DNA from: Aplysia californica
Taxonomy: Eukaryota
DNA: 64,000 nt
Reading direction: 5' to 3'
Assembly: GCF_000002075.1 (NCBI RefSeq)
Contig: NW_004797478.1
Location: 446,197 to 510,196 of the forward strand
Shown here: in pieces, positions 32,406-47,255 of the stretch
How positions within the stretch are numbered: the first letter of the stretch is position 1
Layout: every line of letters begins with the position of its first letter
Translations under genes and position numbers: made by a program
The notes under the pieces: model-generated
Told to the model about the DNA's origin: nothing
Databases searched by the model: none
The model's input: the letters and a program-made list of their open reading frames with translations, nothing else

Positions 32406-35400
32406 TGAGAACAGAATGTGATGCTATAGAACAAAATCAAATCAAAGACTCCCATGTGCTCCAGCTGTGTGATGCCAAGCTCAGGCAAAATTATTGTGAA
32501 CTGACGTAACATCCGAGTGGCGACAGGTTCTGCACTTAATGCAACCACATCAGAACATATAGGTTTTCCTAAAGGTCACTTATCATGAGCATTACCCACC
32601 TTGTGATGATGTTTTCTTATGGTCTGCTTGTTCTGTTTCTTTTATTGTCCCTGCAGCAAAGTGACATAACAATAGTTTCACTTCCAAAGAATTCAATTCC
32701 AATGAAGCTAATAGGGAAACCAAAAACCTTGTCTAATTCTTTCTTGGTTTTAAAAAAAAAATAACGTTTGTATTATTTGGGTTTTTTCTTTTCCACATAA
32801 AGTAGGCACCCCAAAGAAAAATTTCAAATTGTCTGAAAATTGTTTTTATTTACTGTATCAGATAGAGCTGTAGAAATGATGCAATTCACAGTTCAAATAA
32901 TTAAAATCAGACATTAAATTCAAAAGTTATCAAGATTCATATTCATTCAAAAAGTAGAAAATTTCATGCAGCATACAAAAAAAAAAAAGGAAAAAGGCAG
33001 GGCTTTGAACTGTCACACAATCATGTCATGACAGTGTACATACTCATTTATTACTTCTTCTTGAAGTCAAGAACAATATAGAGGCACACAAAGACTTGAG
33101 AAATCGTGGGACTTTGAATAATTTCAATCCTATTAACATTGTATGAAAATGGCTTTTTACTGATTTTCAGTGAACAATTTTTGCGTACAACACACATAAA
33201 ACCAATTTCAGAGGCCTGTTACGTGAAAATTTATTATCCCATAAAGTAGGTACCACAATTGAAAATTTTCATTTGCTCAAAGCTCAAGGGAAAGACTTTT
33301 ATCCTGTAGAGCTTGTGAAACCATGAACAACACCCAAAAAAAAAAAAATCAATTGAGAAATAAAAAAGTTATGAGTAGTTGAACAAAGAGAGGGGGGGGT
33401 GAAAACTGGAGCTTCCGAACTACGCTAAAGCCAGCAAAGGCGGCCCGACTCGGCCGTGACTGTCTATTGATGGAGGACTGTGGCATAATAACGAACCGAC
33501 AAACAATATACCAACAAGAAGAGAAAAACTAAAACAAGTTTTGCTGGTGTCAAACCTGTTTATTTTGTATCAATTGGAAAGTTATGAGCCGATATATGGA
33601 GGATGAAAAACAGCGCGAGCGTAGACTTGTGGTACCTACATAAAGTCAAACTTCGTGATGTTGTTGACAGGCCTAAATATGTTTGCAAGAATGGGACAAG
33701 TAATGTCTTACCCAGTACCCGTTGGGAGATCAGTTCTCTAACACAAATGGATCGCCCGACTTGCGGCCTTGAAAACAAACGCATTTGATTTTTAAGGTCA
33801 CCATTGTCAGGTCAGCCAGCTTGTGCGCAAAAAAGAAGGGGGGGGGGGGGTGTCTGCTTCAAAACTAAATGTTTCGCTTAACCAGGAAAGCAGTTTCCCT
33901 ATACAGTATAACACGGATAGCTCGAATTCGCTGGGACCGCCTTGGTAGTTCGAGGGATCCTTAGTTGGAGGGATATGTGAACAGTGTTATGGCATCGGCT
34001 GTGTCAGAGAATCAAGGGAAGCAACAAAGATTGGGTTGGAATAGATTTTCTTCTTTCGGCCATTGTCCTAGATCAGCCTATTGACTTGAATTTGAAAATT
34101 GAGAGAATTTGAAATTGACAGGTTGAAAATGAGTAACACGATGAGCAACACTTTCGAGTTCGACCGGTAATGAGCTTCACATTGGAATATTTCCATTGAC
34201 CAGGAAAATAGGCTACAGATTTCTTCATTATATTTAGGTCTATGTACACCAGTATTGGGTAAAGAACGGCCTTTCAGTTGAGCCTTTTAAAAAAATGTTT
34301 CGTTTTAGAAAATAGCAGCTCAATGTCTGGTAATTCCATTTTTTACTTTGTTTTTCTTACAGCTTCTTTTGTATTTTATCATTTTGCCTGCTATTTAAAG
34401 AGAGTGCCCCCCATCTTTTTAAATTAAAAAATAATAAAATTAGGTCATTTCCGTTTCTCCTAGTCAAAGGGTTTTCGTTTGAATAACCCTACCAGGTACC
34501 CTCCTAAAACCATGACCAAACACACCTAGCGTGACGATCCACCCGTGGATTCAGTTGTCGTTTTCCCACTAATAATTATAGTGCTTCTACAACACAATCA
34601 ATTTTTTTTATGGCAGTAGTTTTAAATATCGGTTTGTTTCAAAGAGGAATTAGTAAAGCTTTTTATTTAACAATCGCATTGGACTAAGAAATGTTTTCTG
34701 GGAATCCTGAGGCTTGACTACCGTATTTGTTTTCACCAATCTACCTGATTCTTTCATGTAGCGACTACACCATTGTTCTTGTACATGATTAAGTTCCTCT
34801 TCACATGTATTTGTTTTATGAAGTCTAAACAGACGCCTGATTTGGTGCCTTTTTTTAATAAACAAAATGTTTCTCACTTCAACTTGGTTTGATTGTATTT
34901 TGTCATTTGGCATCATTCCACATTAGTGTTCAGTGTGCTGTAGTAATACCTTAAGGTTAACAAGAATGGAATAGAATATAATTATTTGTAAGCATTGTCA
35001 AACATTTCTTTCCACTAGAAATAGAGCTGCTCTGTTATTTTTTTCAGTTTTGTGGGATGGCATTCACTAATGGAAACCACCTAGTGCGAAAGGAAAGGCA
35101 CTTTTCTTGAAAAGACAACCGCGTAATAATACTTTTATCCTAAATGCAAATTTCCGGCAGTGAGCATACTTGTGACATGAAAAGGCTGTCGCTGTTGCAC
35201 TCAGAAAAGACTTGAATTCTATTAACTCTTGGGAAAATTTTTAATCATCTACCTTTTTATTTGCTGGAATAATGCAGCCCACTCTGCCTGAGTTTGTCAC
35301 GACAGGAAGGGTCAAATTAAAAGCAGCCCATCCCTTAAATTATATCGATAGGGACGTTAAAACGTTGAATATTTAGAATTAAAAAGTTAACGAGATCTTT

Positions 35401-35539
35401 TACTTAAAAAATCCTCCCCCCCCCCCCCAGTTAATTTGAATGCCTTACTTTCTCAATTTGCAGGAAGCAACTGTATAAACTGTTGGTGGTTGGGGTTGCT
35501 TTGCTCTGTTAGAAAAACAAAATGACAAAAGGAACTGCT

Positions 35540-35757
35540 GACCAGCATCTGTGGTGTAGCAATTAGGCACTTCTCTGTCACGCATAGAGGAGACCCGAGT
35601 TTGATTCCCGAGTGAGAAGAATTTTTTATCAAGTTTCTCAGTCTTTCTGCTGGGATGTTGTATCCCTTTCAGCCCGTATTGGCCCTGAGAAGCAGGGTCA
35701 AAGCCTGCCTCCTAAATGTTTTAATTGTATCATGGGGGGTTTAAACACACCCACTTA
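35540..35757 (+). mobile_element. Short tRNA-derived SINE (family 3)
   Basis: TGGTGTAGC A-box-like and GAGTTTGATTCC B-box-like motifs; further copies near 42200-42330 (-) and 43605-46090 (split). Confidence 0.65.
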
Positions 35758-36728
35758 AAAAAATTAAGAAGTCCCAAGCTGTCTCGCAGACTGCTGTGTG
35801 ACAGTGTGAGCCTCACATGTCAGCGATGGTATTTGGGCTTCATTTTCTCTCCATAACCAAATGGTATATTTGTTTTATATGGTTACATGTCCTTCATGAC
35901 AAGTTTGGCTCATCAACTGCAGTAATCTATTTTATAATCCATTTGCTTTCTATTCTGGAAAGGGTCGGACATTGTCCAATGTTTGTAATAGAAAGAGAAG
36001 CACATCGACACAAAACAGACTTACAGGTTGGGGGGGGGGGGGGGGAAGCAAGACGGAACAGACAGAAACAATAGAGGGGAATAAAAGAAGTAGGACCTAC
36101 TAGGGTGGGCTGAAAAGTAATGTCTGTATTGTAGTAGTGCAGCAAGAACTCGATACTGATTCGTTACCCACAAGTGCAGAGGGCACAAGCGGACCCCTTT
36201 GCGAGCAGTGGATTTAAACGCTTCACTAGACTTTCTCGTCTGCTATAGACTCGAGATGTATTGGTAATCACTCTGACTCCTGAGTTCGGCGCACCGGACG
36301 CTGGTGGGGCCGCAATTTGTAGACGAGGAGTGGCTGCGCAACAGGCTAGGCCTAGTGATGGGTTGGCTATATGATAGTCATAGTGTTGGGGCAAGCACTC
36401 AATAGAATAAGCCTAGATCATTAAACCGAATCGAGAAATGATCAGACGTGTTGTGTACATCGAACGCTAGGGTCATAAAATCTACATTATATTATGTGCT
36501 CGATACGAAAATGCATTGTTTCTTGAGCATTGCATGCAAGGCAATAGCGGGACTGTATTGTGACTTTGTGACCTCATGAACAAGCTAGCAAGCTGACCTG
36601 TGGGTGCAGTCAAGATTAGGCAAGCGTCGACGGCTCAATTTGCTTGCTCGTTATTAACGTCACGAACAAGACGAGCAGCGCCTTGAGCAACATAATTGTA
36701 TTGAATCTTTGCTGTGTACCCAGGACCT

Positions 36729-39630
36729 TTTTGTTGTTGTTGTTGTTAGCGATCAGTAGCATCTGAGCGTTAACACTTCTGCATGATGCCATTCGGTAAT
36801 AGCTGTATGTCTGTTCTAATTGTTGTCTTGAGGAGTAGAGGCAATTAGGTGTGTGGGGTAGCTTGGGAAGAAAACATCACCTTAAATCAGTTACTTTTCT
36901 ACAGAAGAACAGATGATGTTCCACTGTCTCTGAGGTGCAGTCACATATAGTGGGCAGGCAGCAGACTGCTTTACTCCAATTCGGTTGAGATGTTGATTGA
37001 GGGGTACATGTTGTGTTCTAAGTTGGAAGATATGGATTGATCTCCCCTCCTCAACTCATTGATTGGATCTTTGACCAGTGGTTTATTCATGTGGCCATAC
37101 ATCATCCTTCCTGTCGTGCCTGTGGCCCAATCATTCATCCAGTCTTCCTTGAGGTTTGACTTGATCATTTGGCAGCAGGTGGTGTAATTAGTAGGAATAT
37201 CAGGCTGAGGGGAGCTAGCCTCCTTTCTTTGCCAGAGCATCAGCTCTTTCATTTCCCGGTATCCCAGTGTGGGCAGGAATCCATTGTAGTTGTAGGACTA
37301 CTCTGACTTGGTGCCTACTTATCAAATTATTTAGACTCCAAATCAAGTCACATCAGTCCCACTCTCAAGTGTCTCTAGTGTTGAAAAGCTGTCTGTAAAG
37401 ATAACGATGTCTGTGATAACAAGTGGGTTAGTGTCAAACAAGTGGTTGATGTAGTTTGCTGTGTTGGCGATAGCCTATTGTTCGGCAATGAAATTGGAGC
37501 AGAAGGACCAGCTGGAATGAAAGACTTCTTTTTTTATCCCACTGGGCAAGTTGATCACTGACCCATATCCAGCGTTGATTGTTGCCTTAAAGGCAGATCC
37601 ATCAGTGTATGAGTAGATACATGTTGGTGGATAGGAATCAATTGTTTCAAGGGCAGAATATTTTAGTGCTACAGTATATGTGTTTTTATTGCTCTTGTCC
37701 AAAAGTGTTTTCCTAATTTCTGGCTTTGCTATGGTGAGATGTGGTGGGAGAGTTGAGGGAACTCTTTTCAGGGGTTCTCGTCTTTCGGGGAGGTGATGTT
37801 TTTCTTGGAGATTGAGGACAGTCTCAAGTACAGATTTTGTATTTTTTAGTCTTTGATTAGGTTTCCACTTGTCAACAAGAATTCTATTAGAGTGGTTATT
37901 TTCTAGCCTTTTAGATCTTTCATATACTTCTAAAGCTGCCTGTTTTCTTCGAGTTTCTAATGGCTCAGTATTTGTGTGAATTTCACAGGCCGCAGTCGGT
38001 GAGGAGTGGCTGCGCAACAGGCTTAGGCCTAGTGATGGGTTGGCTGTATGATAGTCATAGTGTCATAGTGATGATAGTCATAGTGTCATAGTGATGTTTT
38101 CTTCCCAAGCTACCCCACACACCTAATTGCCTCTACTCCCCAAGACAACAATTAGAACAGACCTGTTAAGAAGTCCTGGAAGATACTCGGTGCCATAAAG
38201 TTTCTCTCTTTTCTTTTCAGAACACTCAGTAGACCCCTGTCCAGGTCATTCCTTTTGCTGCTTTTGTTAAGGGGGGGCAAAATGTTTATTAAAGTGTTCG
38301 GCTTTTTTTAACTCGCTGGTGAGAACTTCGTTTTCTGTGTGTAGTGGTTTGGGGTTTTCTTTCCTTTTTTCGCCAGTGAGGTTATTTAGAAGTGACCAAG
38401 CTTCACGTCCACCTTGATGTAAATTGAGTCCCTCACACTTCTGTGTCCAGGCTTCCTTCTTAGATTCCTTGGTGACAAGTTTAGCCTCTGCTACGGCCTT
38501 TTTGTATCTAATTTTCGTGTCCATATTTTTTTAATGTTCATGTCTGGCATCATTTTTAGTTTTTGTAGCTTTCTCCAAGCGCTCATTCCAAAAGGGTTTA
38601 TAGTTGGTTCAGCACCCCTGTGGGATACTCTTCTTTGCAGCATATAAGATGGCGGGGGTGAGTTCACTATTAAGGGCGTCTATACTTTTATTGTCTAGAT
38701 CATCCAGTTTAACGGTGTCCTCAGCTGTTTTTCTGAAGAGATCCCAGTTTGCCTTCTTGAAGTTCCAACGGGTTCTTCTTTTCCTTTGTCTGTGTTCCAG
38801 TATACTGATTTTGGTGAGAACGGGACGATGGTCACTAGATATACTGTCTAGCACCTCTTCACTGCAGTAGTTGTGTAAATCAGCAGAGACCAGGGTGAGA
38901 TCTGGTCTGTGGAGGTCCCATGTCTCCTATGAAGAAGTGTTTTAGTTGAATCCTCATCTTGAAGAAGGATGAGGTTAGAGGACTGACATAGTTCTTCAAT
39001 CCTCTTACCTGTGTTGTTTTGGTCTGCATAGTCCCAAAGGGGGGAGAGTCCATTAAGGTCACCAGCTATGACCGTCTTCTTAAAGATAGTGCTCTGTTCC
39101 ATGAAGTTCAGAGTGCTACTTGGGGGACAATAGATGTTATAAAGAATGAGCTTGTTGTTGCCATACCACAGGGTGACTTTATGTGCGTCTGTGGGGAGCC
39201 AATTAAGGAGCTCTACTTCACCCTGGATGTCATTTCTGATATAGGTTATAATCCCTTGGCAACCTTCACATTTACATGGATAAGGGGTATACCCAGTGAT
39301 GTATATGTCACAGGATGAATGGAGAGTTTCCTGTAATAGAGCAATGTGGACTTTCCTTTCATACAAAATTTTCCCCAATTGTGTTTTCTTCTTGTCCAAG
39401 CCACAGACATTTGCCTGAAGAATATTGAAGTCTATAAGCTTCTCTTTTCCGTTACCAGTTGTAGGGGTGTTTTCTTCTTGTTTTTCCATTTTCTCTGCTT
39501 TCTGATTTTCTTTTTCTTCCAATAACCATCCACGAGGCCAGCTTGGTTGCCCACTAAGACCTGGGGGAGACCTTGATTACCGAGGCGGCGTCTCAGCTCG
39601 TATGGGAATCTATCATTTGTGAATAGCATC
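36729..39630 (-). mobile_element. Decayed LINE (I/Nimb-like): APE and RNase H present, RT deleted
   Basis: FNILQANVCGL, IALLQET, AGDLNG, SDHRP, RWNFKKANW (39522-38609); YTDGSA and LQWIPAHTGIPGNE (about 37620-37250); (CAA)n tail near 36731-36746; no RT motifs between 38267 and 38000. Confidence 0.88.
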
Positions 39631-39870
39631 TAAAACTGGTGGTTCTGTAATTTTCCTTCCATCCCGGGGTAGGAGATAAAGCAGTGGCTGTAGGTGCAAC
39701 GCCACAAACAAAAACCCAACTCCATCACAGAGAGATCGTAAGAAAAATGAATGGGTAGGTAGGTGTCTGTTGTATTGTTGAGAAGTTGTTTGAGGAGAGA
39801 AAGAAGAGAAAGACGCTATTAAGAGCTGTGTGTTGCTGAAATACAAAAATTATAATATAATGATAATAAC

Positions 39871-39931
<61 letters not shown>
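39871..39931. repeat. (AAT)n microsatellite
   Basis: Seen directly. Confidence 0.95.
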
Positions 39932-39932
<1 letters not shown>

Positions 39933-42900
39933 CAATTGGAAGCTAGATTTTCCTCCCCGCACCCTCCCAAAGCAACCAAGTCCTCTCATCCCATAGATGG
40001 GGGCAGGGGAAGGCATGGCAGGTCCCCAGAGGGTTAATTTTGTCACACACACAAGACGCAAATGGTCTCTGCACCTTCTCCGCAGTCATAGGGTTCTCCG
40101 ATAAATGCATGCTTAATACATGTATGTAGCTGGGTATTCCCTAGGTAAAGTCACATCCAGTACAGTGCTGACAATGAACCTCTGCTTCCCACCCCACCAA
40201 TACCCGTCCCAACTCCAGGTCAAAGACAGGCTGTCGATGGAGAGAGGAGAAAAGAAAAGTTAATAAATGTAATAAAGTAAAACAATAAAAACAATAAATA
40301 AAAAGAGTAAGATACATAGTAAAGTAATATGTCTATTTTCGGGGTCATCCCTTGACCCGTTAGCTTCCTCTTTTTCTTTTCCTATTCGAAGAGTACTAAT
40401 CCCCCCTTCCCCGAAGAGGTGGATCTATTGGGGGGGGGGGGGATCCAGGACCTTTTCAACCTCCTTAACTTCTGTTCACTGATACAGCATATGATTCGTC
40501 TATTCGCTTGTTTATTTGCGGACACTAGGAATTAGAAATAAGCTCTCATTTATTCGCAAATAAAAATGTTGGTCAGCTCAACCCAATATCATTGTATTGT
40601 ATATCATTTTTAAGCCTACTTATATTCAATATAGAATAATAAAGATTGCAGAAATACTTTCTAATCATTGGACAATTGACTACACCTCAGAAAATTCCAA
40701 TTCTTTATAACGTACGTCATTCACACACAAAGTAGCATGTGTCACATATCACAGTTAAAATCGTGACCAAAAAATCTTTCTTCACAAGCAACATGCTACA
40801 CTGTAATTGAATTTCTTACAGCCGACGGCTGTTCAACAGCGGACATTTATGAAAGTATGATTGATATAATATGTATGGTGAGGTTTGTATTGATGTTAGA
40901 CTATTGGGCAATGGGAAAGATCTTTGGATGGCCCCGGAGAATATCTAACCAGGATAAAATTGAATGGCAGGTCGCAGGACTAGGCAAGAAAAGTGGGAAG
41001 GCATGCAAGTGGACTTCCTGGAATAGGGAAAGACCGTGAACTCCAAACAATACGTTGCAACTTACAATAGCTGTGATGTAAGTTACACCAGAGACTCTTA
41101 AATATATAAGTAAATACTCTCTGGTTACACTTAGATGATTTCGCCTACGGAAAAATGTAAAACAGCTTAATGACAATGCATACCCCCACATAAGTCGGAT
41201 TTCTCCATCCTGCAGAATCTGACGTACTCTTGCTGCTTCAGACTTTTTTTCCTTTTCCCAAGGTTAAATGAGTAAATGTGCATCTCTGGAAGGGAAGGGA
41301 ACCTTTACAACAATGCTGATGAAGAAGCCAATGTTTGGTTGTGGTGTTGGACCAAGGAGTTTACTGTTTCTAAAAAGGTCCTTGTGTTGGACGAATCTGT
41401 TGATTTCGTTGCTGATGGGAAGTGCCAAACAGTCCAGAGTTGGCGGCTCCGTGTGGATTGAAATGGAGACTTTGCCTAAAAGTAAGCAGCTTGTAGCTGA
41501 GATTCTTAGCTTTCTTCTTGAGTGTTATTTGTGCAAAAAGTTTTGAAAATATGAAAGATATGTCCAAACAGGCACGAATTTTCAACCCATCATAACAGTA
41601 ATATTTTTACAAGAAAAAAGCTAATACACACCTGTACATGTATAATGTTCTACAATGTTTTATAAAAAAAAACTTTGATTCCTTTCAATGATTTAGAAAT
41701 TTCTTGACATAGATGGAAATGATGAGAATATCTAGATCTACCAAGACCAGCCAACATTTCACAAAATTCGTAGGACAAATTATAATGATCTCCAACCAGC
41801 AACCAATGTTGATAGCCAGCTTGCCATGTTCCTGTACAGCCCTTTTTTACCAACATGAATAAAAGTAAAAATTTCTACATATAGATCTATTCTTATATCA
41901 AGGAGATTAAAAGTAATGGAGGATGCTCTGTGGGCGGCACCGCACGCCTGATAGGAGCCCTCTCTCGCGGCGGAACTGTGATCTACCTGCGCTGCGGGAA
42001 TGCTCGACTCACGCACTGAAATCTAGATAAGAAACAAGGTTTTATTCCGAGGTCCTTGAGATTAGGCAAGTCAATTAGTAAAAAAGCATTGCATATATGT
42101 GTTGTATTTAAGTGTAAGAACCGATATGATGCTGCAGTGGACCGAAGTTTTCACAGTTAAGTTGTTTTCCTTTTTAAAAATTTGAATGAAAGTGTTTTTA
42201 TGCCCCCCAGCAACACAATTTAGATCATTAATATTCATAAGAGGCTGGCTCCGGCGCTACCTGCCAAGGCCAACCCAGGCTGAAAGGGATACAACACCCC
42301 AGCAGAAAGACCGAGATACTCAATTTTTTAAAAGTATTCTTATTCATAAATATAATTATCATGTGTATATATATAATTATTATGTGTGTGTATGTATATA
42401 TTATACATTTTAATTAAAGATATTGCTTTCCATTGTGTATGCAAATTAGATGCTACTGTTGTCTAAATGTAGATATCTAGAGGCTCCATTAGAATATGAA
42501 ATCAATACTCAACTACAATAATGATGAATATTTTCTATGTTAAAGAAACACCAAACCATATCAGATGAGGGGAGGGGGTAGGATGGGGTGGATAAGAGTT
42601 TGAGTCTTGTTAGAACTATACTCGGTTTAATTCTATTGTTGTAGTCTTCACCTAAGATTCCACAATCAATAATTCCGGTTCACTTAAGATTCTGCTGTTA
42701 AAAAATAAACCAAACAAAGCAACAACAAATTTTACTACACAAGAGTCATCACTAAGATAAATTGTCCCCCTCTGGAATGTAATAAGGGGCTAAAAACGTT
42801 ACTCTCCATATCATACTTAACTGAACACAAAAAAAACCCAACCCTTCAAAGGTCATCAACGCTCATGCACGCGATCACACCTCCAAAGGTGCTGTTATCT

Positions 42901-43360
42901 CTTTTTTTTTATATTTGAAATCATTGTGCGCTCCACTTTGTGAAAACCAGGAAACAAAACTATTGTAATCAATAATATTATTATTTATAGACCAAGACAT
43001 ACTGTTAGCAATCAGATAAAGCTGGCATCGACCCTCTTTCGTGTTCGCCTATTCCTTACACATAAAGTTAGTTATGGCACACGCCTAGATTCATGCAATC
43101 ATATCTTAAATTCAGTTTAAAAGTATATTTTTATCCATTTCTTATAATTAAATATTTTAGCATCTTGAAAGATTATCTTTATAATTTGGTATGTTTGATA
43201 ATTTTATGTTACTCGGACAGGTTTTCTTCTTATTTTACACATCTTTTTTATTTTTAAACTAGATTATGACATAAAACTCTTAAAGAATTGAACAGTCCGT
43301 ATCACACACAAAATTTATCGGGGGTTTTTCTCCCTGTATCTATCAGCCCGTCAGTTGATC

Positions 43361-43365
<5 letters not shown>

Positions 43366-43414
<49 letters not shown>
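43366..43414. repeat. (CT)n microsatellite
   Basis: Seen directly. Confidence 0.95.
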
Positions 43415-43419
<5 letters not shown>

Positions 43420-43714
43420 CAAGTTTTCCCATTCTCCTTCGTCCCTTCCCAAGGCCCGCCCCTCCTCTTTCATCCCAGCCCCATCCCCTCTTCCTTGCGT
43501 GCATTCCCCCACCCCGCATTTTTGCATGGAACAAAGACAGGAAATATAATGAATGTACACTACAAAGCTTATCTTATTTTTCATTAAAGTTAAAGCTAGA
43601 TGTTTCAACCAGCATATGTGGTTTTGTGGCAAGACACAGAAGATCCAAGTTTGATTCTTGAATGGACTGAAAACTTTTATCAAGTATCTCAGTCTTTCTG
43701 GCAGGATGTTGTAC

Positions 43715-45044
43715 TGGCCCCGCGGAAAATTGCATTTTTGAAATAGAAAAATTGCAAAAAATTGCAATGTAAACTACCTAAAAATTGCAACCTTCCAATC
43801 CCAGGCGCATTTATACGGGCTTAGCATTTTTAGTTTAAAAAACATGACAATTTTGAGTACCGGAAGCATAAAAGCAGCACAGCCTTTTAAAAAATCATGA
43901 CCCACAATACAAATTCATCAAATGTTATTAACAATATTTACTAGTAACAATACACGAGTACATTCACAATAAAGTTATCGACCAAATATAATATGATAAC
44001 GCGTGACACAAAATAACGGAACCTTTGGTTTTCGTAATAGCTTTTAAATGAAGGCATAAAATTATACCAAATTTAGTACATACCGGGTACTTGGTTCATG
44101 CAAAAATCCAGAAGTGTATGAGGTTTAGTCTACAAAAAAATGTTAAAATGACGAGAGATTTTCGAAACTACCTCTAAATACGAAATAAGCTTATTTATGC
44201 TCCAATCAAATCAGATCCTGTTCTATTTTACTCTTGAAACCTTCGATACATCGGTAATCTGTATTTAGATCTAGGCTATTTCAGATATTTTCTGTTTTAA
44301 AGCCGGCATGATATTGTTTTAACACTAAGTCAAACCGTAAAATACAGCAATTTTTTTTCTATTTATAAACAATAGTAATACATGTACTAATGTAGATCTA
44401 GATCATTTCTATAGCACCCACTCCCGTGTGAACGCAGCTTGGGGGGGGGGGGGCTACACCTGGAGGCTATCTCGCTTATTACTGGACCGAATTTTACCAA
44501 TTTCACACATATAACAAGCATAGTAAGGAGTGTTAAAATCCGCAATCAAATTTGAGAAAAAAGTTTCGTTTCCATGGATACGCCGCCATATTGGATTTTA
44601 TTGACCTGTCTTACGTAATGAATACCGCACTTATCACTCCTGGAAATTGATTGTTTTTTTGCATGCGTGTTCACAAACATTAGATCTAAAAACAATTCTG
44701 TTGGTTTTTTCCTAAACGAATTAGAAAATTTTTAATGAATTTTTTCCTGAGGTAGCATTCAAGTTTGCGAAAAATCCGTGAAAATCCACACTCCTGACAC
44801 CACCAACAAAAATCTATTCCATTCTTTTAGAGAAAAGTCGCGTTTTGAGAAAACGGCTGATAAAGAAAATTAAAATACTGACTTTATGAGGAAATGGCGG
44901 TCACAAACATGCCCGGTATGGGAAAAAATAAGGTTTTGGGGGGTTCTTATTCCATGAAATAGTTGTAGGAGAGGCTGAGAAAGCTAAAAATGCCTACAAC
45001 TTAAATTCCATGATTTTGAGCCGAATTTTGACTTTGGGGGGTTT

Positions 45045-45080
<36 letters not shown>

Positions 45081-45981
45081 GGCGTTGTAGGCCTACATAA
45101 CGGGGTGTTTACATACACGGTAAGCGGACACCTGGTCCTAGCCTCAGTGTCTACGTACACGGTAACCGGCAACCGGGCACGTAGTCTCAGTGTCATGTAC
45201 ACGGTAACCGGGCAGTTAAGAATTCCAAGTTCAGTTTTTGTCATCCGGTGTTGCCTTCAACTCCAGCCCTCTCCCGACTGTCTAAAAAAAAAAAAACCCA
45301 ATAATTCCCCCATTCCAGAGCCCTATAATTCGTAGCGCACAGACTTTGAATGAACTTTGGTGACCCCAACCGGTACTCACAATGCGATGCGAAAACACAG
45401 GTTCACTGACCGGTAACGATAGCGAGCCCGACAAGACGCGTGTTATAACTTTCTTTTTTTTAATTTCAACAAGTGACAGCACAGGACAAATATTGGTTTA
45501 TTTTCATTCCGGTTACCGTGTACGTAGATACTGAGACTAGGTGCCCAGTTACAGTGTATGTATGTATGCATCATGTACGAACAATATTCACGCGCGCGCA
45601 CACTCACGTACATCTCACACACGCCTACTTTCTTATCACACGCGCACGATTACACACATTAGATAAAGGCCTAGCCCAGTTTATGTCACAGTTTGTGTTG
45701 TAGAATTCTGTGGTTGTAGATGATGCATTCCGGCCTGAATTTCCGGTTTAGCTTTTAGAGAACGCTCAGTAGGCTTGAGCTGGTTTGATGATACCATGAT
45801 TTACGTAGGCCTATCGGCTCTGAACTCGCACCATTTCGTATTAAAAATTCTGTTAAAATTAAAGCGTTGATGTATTTTTGTCTAAAATTGCAACAAATTG
45901 TGAAAATTGCAAAAAATTGCGGGTTTATTCCGGAAATCGACGAAAAGAGCGGCCGCAAGACCGCGATTTCCTGGGGGGCTA
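43715..45981. mobile_element. hAT-like non-autonomous element inserted into a family-3 SINE
   Basis: TSD TGTTGTAC (43707-43714) / GGTTGTAC (45982-45989); ends TGGCCCCGCGGAAA / TTTCCTGGGGGGCTA; AAAATTGC subterminal repeats; the flanks rejoin into the SINE seen intact at 35540-35757. Confidence 0.75.
45110..45562. mobile_element. MITE with long imperfect TIRs nested in the hAT-like element
   Basis: TACATACACGGTAA...CTCAGTGTCTACGTACACGGTAACCGG mirrors CCGGTTACCGTGTACGTAGATACTGAGACTAG...TTACAGTGTATGTA. Confidence 0.75.
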
Positions 45982-47255
45982 GGTTGTACCCCTTTCAGCC
46001 CGGGATGGTCCTGACAGGCAGGGTCAGAGGCCCGCATCGTAAATGATCTAAAATGTGTCGATGGGGGTGTAAGAAACGTCTACATTAAAGAGCATTTTGA
46101 TATTTCAATCGAAAGCCCAAGTCCTCAGTCACAAAAAGAGGTAGAATGACATTCTAGCTCTTAGTACATATATTTAAAAATTCGGAACTTGCCGTCTGGG
46201 CGTCTCAGTAATACCGCCTGTATTATACTTGATTATACCAATGATAGTACATGATTATACTACGCACCATATACAGCCATGCCAGGATCAGCCCCAGCAA
46301 AGGGAAATAATGCCGGATAGGATTTTCACAGATTAAATCAATTTCAATGCAACAATCAACAGGTCTTAAAGGTAAGATATTAGGGCATATACTTGCATAT
46401 TGAGCCCCCTCCAGCATGTCAGAAATGCACCTTGTATTAATGACAGTATACACATGACCTGCAAAAATGGGCGGATTTTTAAAGTCAAAATAACATAAGT
46501 TCATGTTTTAGGCAAGGGTATTGTAATGACCGACTATGTAATTATATGCACGCAATTTCTGTTTTTACATGTGAGAATTGTGATGCTCAAAGAACGACAG
46601 GATTCCCATTTTACCATTTACATTACATTCTACCATGGTAGACATCATTTTAACACCGATTTCAGGGTGATCCCAAAAAAAACAAAAAAACTACAACTTT
46701 TTTGGTACTCCCTCACACAGAAGCTTTGAGTTTCTAATTTGTACAAAATATATTTGGAAGTCAAAAGGAATTTGTCTGAAAATCTCAAATTTTAACAATT
46801 TCCAAAGAACAGTTTTGCTCTACATGGCACATTTAAAAATAAAAAACCGATTTTTAACGTTGTCCCCATTGTTGTAGCATGATGCACAGGTATGCATTAG
46901 GTTAGGCCTACCACACGCCACATTGCAAGCTACAACAGTAACAAGCCAGCAGAAGTTTTCTCAGAGATATTGTTTTTCTCAAGTTTCCTTTGCCTGCTGT
47001 GCTCATGGTTAAGTTTAAGTTTAGTAAAGAACAGAGAGCTTTCTGTATTGAACATTACCTCACCACCAACTCGCCGACCCCAACCTGAAGGTAAAGAAAA
47101 AAATGTTGGATGTCATGGGTAGAGAAATTCCATCAGTTTGCATCCATAGAGAATGAGAACTAAAAATTCCCAAATGAAACACACTTCCAATCGAAAATGC
47201 ATCATTCCCATCTCTTTAAAAGTGACCAAGGAGCAGAATTCAGAAGTGGAGTCCC

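Noticed and set aside
39725-40061. Poly-Tyr and poly-Leu ORFs
   Set aside because: Translations of an (AAT)n microsatellite.
40850-42020. Cluster of short ORFs in the intergenic region
   Set aside because: No recognisable motif or coherent exon chain; left uncalled.
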